DNA of 41,971 nucleotides from Perkinsus olseni (Eukaryota): NCBI GenBank assembly GCA_013115125.1, contig JABANN010000291.1, positions 1 to 41,971 of the forward strand, read 5' to 3'. Shown piece by piece: positions 34,692 to 41,971 of this stretch (position 1 is its first letter; each line of letters starts with the position of its first letter). The notes under the pieces were generated by a model. It saw only the letters and a program-made list of their open reading frames with translations, ran no database searches and was not told where the DNA came from. The position numbers and the translations under genes were made by a program.

Positions 34692-36266
34692 ATGCACGAC
34701 CCTATTCCGGCTACTTCCTCGGCCATCTCGAGAGGCAGCGCAATCCACGGCGGGCATCCGACGACCAGTGCTGCGCCATTCGGCCGGAAGGAGGCCCCAA
34801 CGGGTCATCATGGGGTGATGAGCGGACAGTACGGGCAGAATATAGTGCGATACGACAATGCTGGGTATTGGCTGCAGATCTGGTGAGGGGGATGGGTGAC
34901 CCGACAGAACTGTCCCTGTGGTGGACTAAGTTGCTGTTGTGCGTAGCGGGAGCGGCTTTTCCCTCCGTGACCAGGAAGCCGAGTTCTCGCTCTACTCTGT
35001 CGATTTCATGCAACCCGCTACACATGAGTTGTAGCAGATGACGTTCTCCACCACAGACCGTTCTTCCATTCTCAGTTACTTTACTGGCATGTCTAACATG
35101 ATCTTACAAGGAGGGTTCAAGGCGGCGGGAACCCTAGAAGCTACCATTAACGGCGATCTGGCGTTCCTGGGCAACGCTATTTTGTAGTGTATCGCACAGC
35201 TTCATCATGGTTAACGAGCATTTGTAAAGATACGCCATTTTCGCATTCGGGTGTCTGTTGATGCCGCGACTGATTCGCTGGATGGAGCTGCGGTCCCAGA
35301 TCAAGTTCATCGCGTTCCTCGGCGGTTTTGGCTATACTTTTTATCTGTAATACAGCAGCTACCGTCATCGTTCCTACTCGTGTAAGACAGGAAATTCTTC
35401 GCGGGAATAATATCCCCGAACGGGTGGGCTGTTGTAGTCGTCTGTTGTAACTCGCTGGACGCGGACTCTCTGGGATTATCAAATTCTTGTAGTTTCGTTT
35501 GGTGAACAACAGCCAATCACCCTGGAGTGAATTCTCGCCTTGCAGTGAGTATCATGGACCCTACGATGATAGGCATCCCATCCAACGCCACCTGATCTCC
35601 CGGACTGGCCCGAGCTCAGCTTTAACGACTTCGCGGTTCTCTCATTCTCTAACGGCTTCGGAGGGCATCGCCGGAACACGACTTTCCACACTCGAACGGA
35701 ACTTATCGAGGTGGTGGCCCAGTCTTGCGAGAATTCGAACTATCTCCAGTTACGTGAATACGACCACTCCATCAGAGAATCCAGGCGCTGCTAGTTGGGT
35801 AATCTATCTCATTGGAAGCACTATGGTCGGCCTTGGTGCCCCATTGGTTTGGATACCGACACTTGAGATGGTATCAAGATCAGCGTAGGCTATGGGAAGG
35901 GGAGGGGTCGGGGGGCTGCTTGTAAGCACTACACGGACTATCACCATCTACTAGTCGAAGCTTCTGTTGTTGTATCAGTTCAGCCGTGTCTAACGCTATA
36001 GGTTAGCGTGTGAAACTCTGTGTAGACCTTGGTTTAGTCGATAGTACGTACGATCTTTGAAATGCCCCGACTTGAGGACAAACTGAACACCACCTCGGTG
36101 CGGTATCAGCAGCAGCAGCAGCACTAGAGGGAAGCTATAGACTGGCTGCTGCTGCTTCTGCTGCTTGTGTATTCCAGTAGAAGACTACTCCGATAGTCAT
36201 TTACTTCGGTGTGAAAAGCATTATTCCTGCGTGGACTCTGCTCTGGACGCCGATGTCCTTCATGAG

Positions 36267-36301
<35 letters not shown>

Positions 36302-38087
36302 CACTAGATACTTTCATGTCCGTGATCTCTCTCGTCCTACATCCCCAACGGCAGCAGCAGCAGCCAGCGGCGGGGGCATGGCTCTGTTCAACAGAGCGGA
36401 AGATGGTGATGATGATGGGGGACAGCTGCAGGAGGAGGCTCATGCTGGGCAGCAGAGCACTGGTCGTCAAAATGAAGTAGTGCTCGGGTAAGAGGATTCA
36501 ATCATTCAGCGCCTCTCCATCACCTAGCGATACGATCGTGACCTCGTTGGTTGTCTTGAGAATGGTACCTCAGGACAAAGTGCGTGATGAAGTCGTACTG
36601 GCATTTCAGATACTACCGCTCGGTGGAAGGCGAGTGGAGAGAGGCTCGATCTTCTCGGCGGCGGGAGGGGATTCCCCCAACACTACTTTCTACACACGCC
36701 TCGATCGGAACTTATCGAGGTGGAGTAGCGATAGTCCCAGGTTCGATCCCCACACCTCGCATTTTATTGTTCAGGTTTAATGGCATATTCTACGGCATCT
36801 TCCAGCTGCATGGGCTGGTGCTTTATCCATTAGGAGCAATAGTAGCCAACACTGATGATACCACCGAGTAAGAAGGCAGCAGCAGCAAGAGCGCGCTAAG
36901 GACATCATGATTCCTGCGCTCCTTCTACTACCTCAACTCGAGTTGACCATTCTATATACTCGAATATCTACCCTTGGGCACTTATGGCAACCCTCAGTCA
37001 CCTCCGATCACCTCAGTTGGCGTCAACCCCTGTTCTGGACAGTAGCCATGCTGCCGCTGGCTGCTAGCTTCGTGTTCCTCATGATACCACCAATACCCAA
37101 GAGTGACTTGATACCCGGTAATACACTCTCGTTAGTGATAACCATGCTATCCTAGGGTAAGTAAAACCCACCTGAGCGCGTGATTGAGTAGCTGCGTCTG
37201 GGACAATGTCCGTTGTACCTTGCAACTGTAGATGCGCTGAAGTAGATAGCGTGATTATCGAGTTGATAATATCAGCTCTAGTACTGGTCAGTAGTGTATC
37301 GGTCGTATTCCTACCATTCACTCAACCAGTAGAGTCAGTCATGCTAGCTACTGCATGCCTGTTCGAGGCGATGCGCCGATCATTCAGGCACTCCACCGCC
37401 TGATGTGCGGGTTTGGAAGTCCATCACGTTCATCGTGGCCGAGAAGCTCTTCAGAAGATTAGCCCCGTCGATCATAGTGAATGGGATGGTAAGTCTATCG
37501 TTAATACTATCACCATCGCGATGAATGAAAGAATCCACAGTGTCGTCGGCTGAACCCTGCAGTATCATCAGTTGGGCTGTTGGCAGGTGCTTGGTTTCCT
37601 CTTCGGGGACTTCGGCAGGTTTTTTGTCTCCCCTACATTGGGTGTTGATTCTGTCCTAATCGTCAACGCCTCCTTCTTCTGTGCCTGTGCTATTGCCACA
37701 GTTGGATGGGCCAAACTCATCGAGTGGAATAAAATCTCACGGAGAGCGGTAGTAGCGGAAGGGATACCAGTGCTGACATCCTCGATTAGGTTATTTTACT
37801 GAGCATGCTGGCCCAGTGCTGCTTCCTCATTCTGCATATCATTCTTTACATAACCAAGACGGCCATTGCTACCAACTACATACAAGTGGGCTACATCATG
37901 AGGTGATCTCGCGGATTTGTGGTATCAGGACCCCGAGGACCCGACATCGTGGAAGATGGTCCAGGAGCCTCGCCCCTATCACTATGTTATAATAATATCA
38001 TCAGTCATTCTACTGGCCATAGGGGACAGCGCCTATGAATCCCAGCTGCCAGCGGCGGTCCAGAACGCCTACCAATCAACGCCGTAG
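34692..38087 (+). CDS. UNC-93-like MFS membrane protein (3' end approximate)
   Basis: Hydrophobic exons VIYLIGSTMVGLGAPLVW, FNGIFYGIFQLHGLV, LGFLFGDFGRFFVSPTLGVDSV and VILLAIGDSAYESQL, typical of UNC93A/MFSD11. Confidence 0.75.
36267..36300. repeat. (CAT)n microsatellite, possibly poly-His in the UNC-93 gene
   Basis: About 11 CAT units inside ORF 36165-36491. Confidence 0.85.
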
Positions 38088-38273
38088 GCCTGTCATCATC
38101 AACTTATTTCATACAATAATACGCTCACTGGTCTCATCGCCACCTAGTGTCTCTGGTTGCTTATCAACTGTTCTGGAGTCACTCTATCGCGTAGTGAAAA
38201 TTCGGTTCGTAATATTCGGTTCCAGAATCGATTCTGGATTTCAGAATTGCTTCACTGAGCACTCCTGCCTTGT

Positions 38274-41200
38274 TTATTCCCCCCATTCAGGCTGCACATA
38301 ACGGCCAATGCCAATTATAAGGCCGCCCAGTCCTGGGGGTTCCTGATCCAGTTCTCCATCAACGTCATCTTCGAGAAGGTCGGAGGTGTTAACCCGGTTG
38401 TTTCGGCGGCTATCGTTCTGGTGAGATTCTGTTACTTGATATATCGGCTTCCTCTTCGAATGAGTCCCTCCCCTGTCATGCTGAAACAGATTCCCTCTCA
38501 ATCGTCCGTGCACTCGAGCTCACCTTCTTGTGGCTGCTGATCGACATTATTCGCGTGATGTGCATCCCGTCGAGTTGTCTCCTCTCAGGGTTGCCTCATC
38601 CTGTCCTATCTGCCTCTGCGTGCCGGTGGTCCATTGTTCGCTCCGTGCTGCGAAGCTGATTCGCCAGTGATGGAGTATCAGCCCAGTGGACGGCGCCTGG
38701 CCTCTCGTCGAAGGAGCAGCAACTCTTGTTGTGGTTCCACGTGCAGCATAGACGTTGTAGAACGCGTCAGGCGAGTGTCTACAGGCTCGCTTCGGACGAG
38801 CGAACGGCCCCACCCTAGCACTGGTGAGAGAAGGTAAAACTTCACTGGCTGCAGACAAGCTGTTCCATCAGAAATTAATTCTCTTCTTGATACACCACAT
38901 CTACCGTTCGCAGTAACAAGAAGCAACCGAGGCAGCGGCAGCAGTAGTGCCGGGCGATCTGGGTAAGTATCATCAACCTGGATACAGCCCTCCTCGTACA
39001 TAGTAGGCTTCACCGCGCTGTATCAATGAGAATTCCCAATACCACTCCATCACCATTTCACGACCCCTTTCTCCTTCAGTGCCGGCGTTCCCTTCATGTC
39101 GTCATCGTCATTCCTTGACGGCAGTTTGATCAGCACTCGCCATCGATATGAACTCGAACGTCGGGCCTCGTAGTTGACATTGACTTCTTTATGATTATGA
39201 TTATTTCAGCAACTTGAAATTAGTAGCTATTGTGTGTCTCCGCTGTTTCCTCATAGTGCGCCACTATTCTGGCTTGTTGCGTTACAGTGGGTATCGCATC
39301 ATTACCCAACACCTACCTTCCCTGCATACCAGTTTGAATTTTGGTTATATTCACTCTATCGCAACGACAAGTCCCCTTCGCTCTGACAGAGCGGCTCTGT
39401 GATCCGTCACAGCATTCATCTTCGTACTCCCAACCTGAGTCAGTACTATCCCGAAGGCTGGACATGGTCATCCCATCGTTTCTGAAGCCACTTCGGCCCG
39501 CTTCACTCAGCATATTCTTACCTAAAACGACTCATCACTCCTCGCCTTGGGTTGTGTTCAAAAGGTCGTGCAAGTGCTCATCAGTAGACGATGTCGGTCC
39601 TCCAACCCATGATGCGGAGTAAATGGCCGTCTATGGTCCGGCGAGTCGCAACCCGATGCTGCGCCACCACCGCCGCCGCTGCTGGACAGAGCCACTTTAC
39701 TCTACCTCAAGTGCTCGGAACTGTGTAAGGGCTGTGTCCTGCGAGTCGTGCTGTATCTAGTCGTGCTCCACTGAAAGCTCCTCACTCGTTACCAGGGCGG
39801 GCTCGGAACGTGATGCTTCTGGACTCGCATACAACAGAGGGTCGGCCCTTCTTGAAGGCCCGCGGCCGCCACGAACAGGGATGCGGATTCAATGGGTTCT
39901 TCATTTATCGAGCGATGATGATAGCAGGACTCTATGCCACTGATATGTTCAACGCGTCGATGTGCTTACGCTAACTTCACGAGGTGGCATAGATCTCAGC
40001 AGGTCGTATTCTGCTCTAGGTACCTGAATGATGCTATCACCAGCAAGCATTTACCAGGCATTAAGGAGTGGATACACGGTTCGGACTGTCTGCACAATGC
40101 GTAGGGGTTTACAAGTCTAATCGATCGGCCGTTTCATTATGTAAAGTATCATCAGGTATGGTCATACGTTGAACTTACTGCAAATAAAGATGCCCAAGGA
40201 CAAGGACGACGCTGGTGAGACTCTTCATGACAGCCGGCTACCACTGGCTGATAATCCAGTGGCTCAGGTGGAGAGGATAAGGCGATCATAGCCACTCTGC
40301 AGACGACCATGACTCTGCCCCTCGGGGAAGGTGCCCCCTCTCTTGGCACGGCCTCCTCCCGATGTCTCTGGCAGGTTCCTCCGACCCTACTGCCTCGACT
40401 ATCCCGTGCTTCACAATGCTCTTCTACAGGAGCAACGACCCTTTCAATCGGGAGTTTCACGCCCCTCAGGTAGTAGGTCAAAGGTAGTCTCAGCTCCTCC
40501 GGCAGACGGGTGTCGCGGCTGGCTTCTCAGGCGCGCTGGCTGGGCGAGCTTCTTGGAGTACGGTGGCTGCAGAAGCAAGAGTCTAAGGGTGGGTGAGCAC
40601 GACGGGATGGGGGGGACCCTCCCTGGACAGTGGACAGCCTGTCCCCGGCATGGTCTCAGGTGTTCTTCTCGTGGTGCACCATGATGACACTATGGGCTTC
40701 CCGCCGTCATTGGAGATTGGCGATTCCAGGTCCGCTAGGTTGAATCTGCATCTTGCACGCGTCGAGCTAAGATGCCTTTGATCAGGCTTATTTCTGACGT
40801 TTTCTCACTGAGCATTCGCAAGTGGTCCCCGAGACTATCGTCTCGAGTGAAGGAAGCTGATCTCTCGAGTAGCACCAAGAACCCGTCCCGGTAGTGCGGC
40901 GACATAATCGAACTCACTAGCTTGGTCGTTGAATCATTCTACCCGTATGAGACTCAAATCCTGTCCGTCGTGTACCAATTTTTTGCGGAGCCTCGGAGGG
41001 ATATTTCGGCATGAAGTTTTCGTCAGAATAGCACACAACGTATTCTTAGACCACGCCGGCTTTCGCTTCGAGATCCATACTTGTATAGCTACCTCAGGAT
41101 ACGCTAGGTGGTGAAGTCGTGGGAGTTGTACGACCAGGGTCATGATACCGCTTCCTCTTTGGGCTATATGTCAGGTATGTCACGGTAGATGGCCTCGATT

Positions 41201-41971
41201 TCCGAGTAGTAGCAGGAAGTGGTGGGGAGGGAGCCTGTCGATGGTCCAGGGACTTGGTCATAGAAGACGGAGGAATTGCAACAGGTTAGCGGGCTTCGGC
41301 GGATAGAGAACCACTCGGCGTCAATATCGTTCTACCTCTCCCAACTTGTAGTATCACCACGCACAGTGCCTCCACCTTAAAGACAGGGACATTGGGTGCG
41401 CCCCAATTGAGCCCAATAAGCAATACACTCATTTTTTGCACGTTAGAGAGATGATCATTCTTTCAAGGTCTTCGTATTGGTGGAGTGCTGCCCTCTGGCC
41501 AACTCGTCCTGTCGATGCCTTTCATATCCGATCCGGCCAGTCCCCGTGCGAAGGCGGCTTTCCTAGAAGTTGTGGAGCACGCTATGGCGAGCACGGGGAA
41601 AAGGAAGTAGCTGCGACGACTGCGCGTCCTAGCTTATTTTCCTTCCACCTCAGGGCCCTAGTATTAATCGATGGAAAGGACCCGTTCCTCAGTTTTGCTC
41701 ATGTAGGATATTTTGGTGAATCGCCCAGCGATATGTACTTCGCTTTAGGACAAGTTTCAGAATCTTGACGACAGTTCGCTGCTGTCGACGGCGCCGACCT
41801 TGGCGAGACAGGAAGTTGCCTTAACTGCCTTGCCGAAGAATTTGACGGATGATGAACAAAAAGTGGGTCCGAGTAGAGTTAGACACCAAAGGACAGTGTA
41901 AAAGCCGCTTTACTTCCCGGGAGTTTGGGAGAGGTGGAACGCAGGAGTGACGGTGGGAATACCTGAACCGT
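38274..41971 (-). CDS. Unresolved multi-exon hypothetical gene(s)
   Basis: Series of minus-strand open segments with GT/AG borders (e.g. 38274-38513, 38860-39180, 40250-40560, 40735-41143); no recognisable domain. Confidence 0.35.

Noticed and set aside
39914-40028. C/D box snoRNA (atgatga...ctga)
   Set aside because: No terminal stem or recognisable rRNA guide; such short boxes arise by chance.

Overview
Gene-dense, intron-rich eukaryotic DNA. Gene style, short GT-AG introns and tiny intergenic spacers suggest a Perkinsus-like alveolate (inference). Most ORF-track entries are exon fragments or spurious, so genes were spliced by hand. In order: 3' end of a GH18 chitinase-like gene; a Thr-rich 18-bp minisatellite/mucin-like locus; two tandem DNL zinc-finger (Hep1/Tim15-like) paralogs; an acidic/PPR-like/Q-rich protein; an intronless GT61-like glycosyltransferase; an SP-RING SUMO ligase; a YceF-type Maf; a THUMP/RlmL-like RNA methyltransferase; three signal-peptide GNAT acetyltransferases (one with in-frame stops); a TMX-type thioredoxin; a coiled-coil protein; ARL5; an UNC-93-like MFS protein; and unresolved minus-strand exons. 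Genes lie in same-strand blocks. The most striking unexplained signal is ten tRNA-3'-half/B-box motifs, all non-coding and mostly intronic, including in 43-60 nt introns. Also seen: shared intronic hairpin elements, a MITE, ~20-bp-phased motif arrays and palindromes in divergent strand-switch regions.
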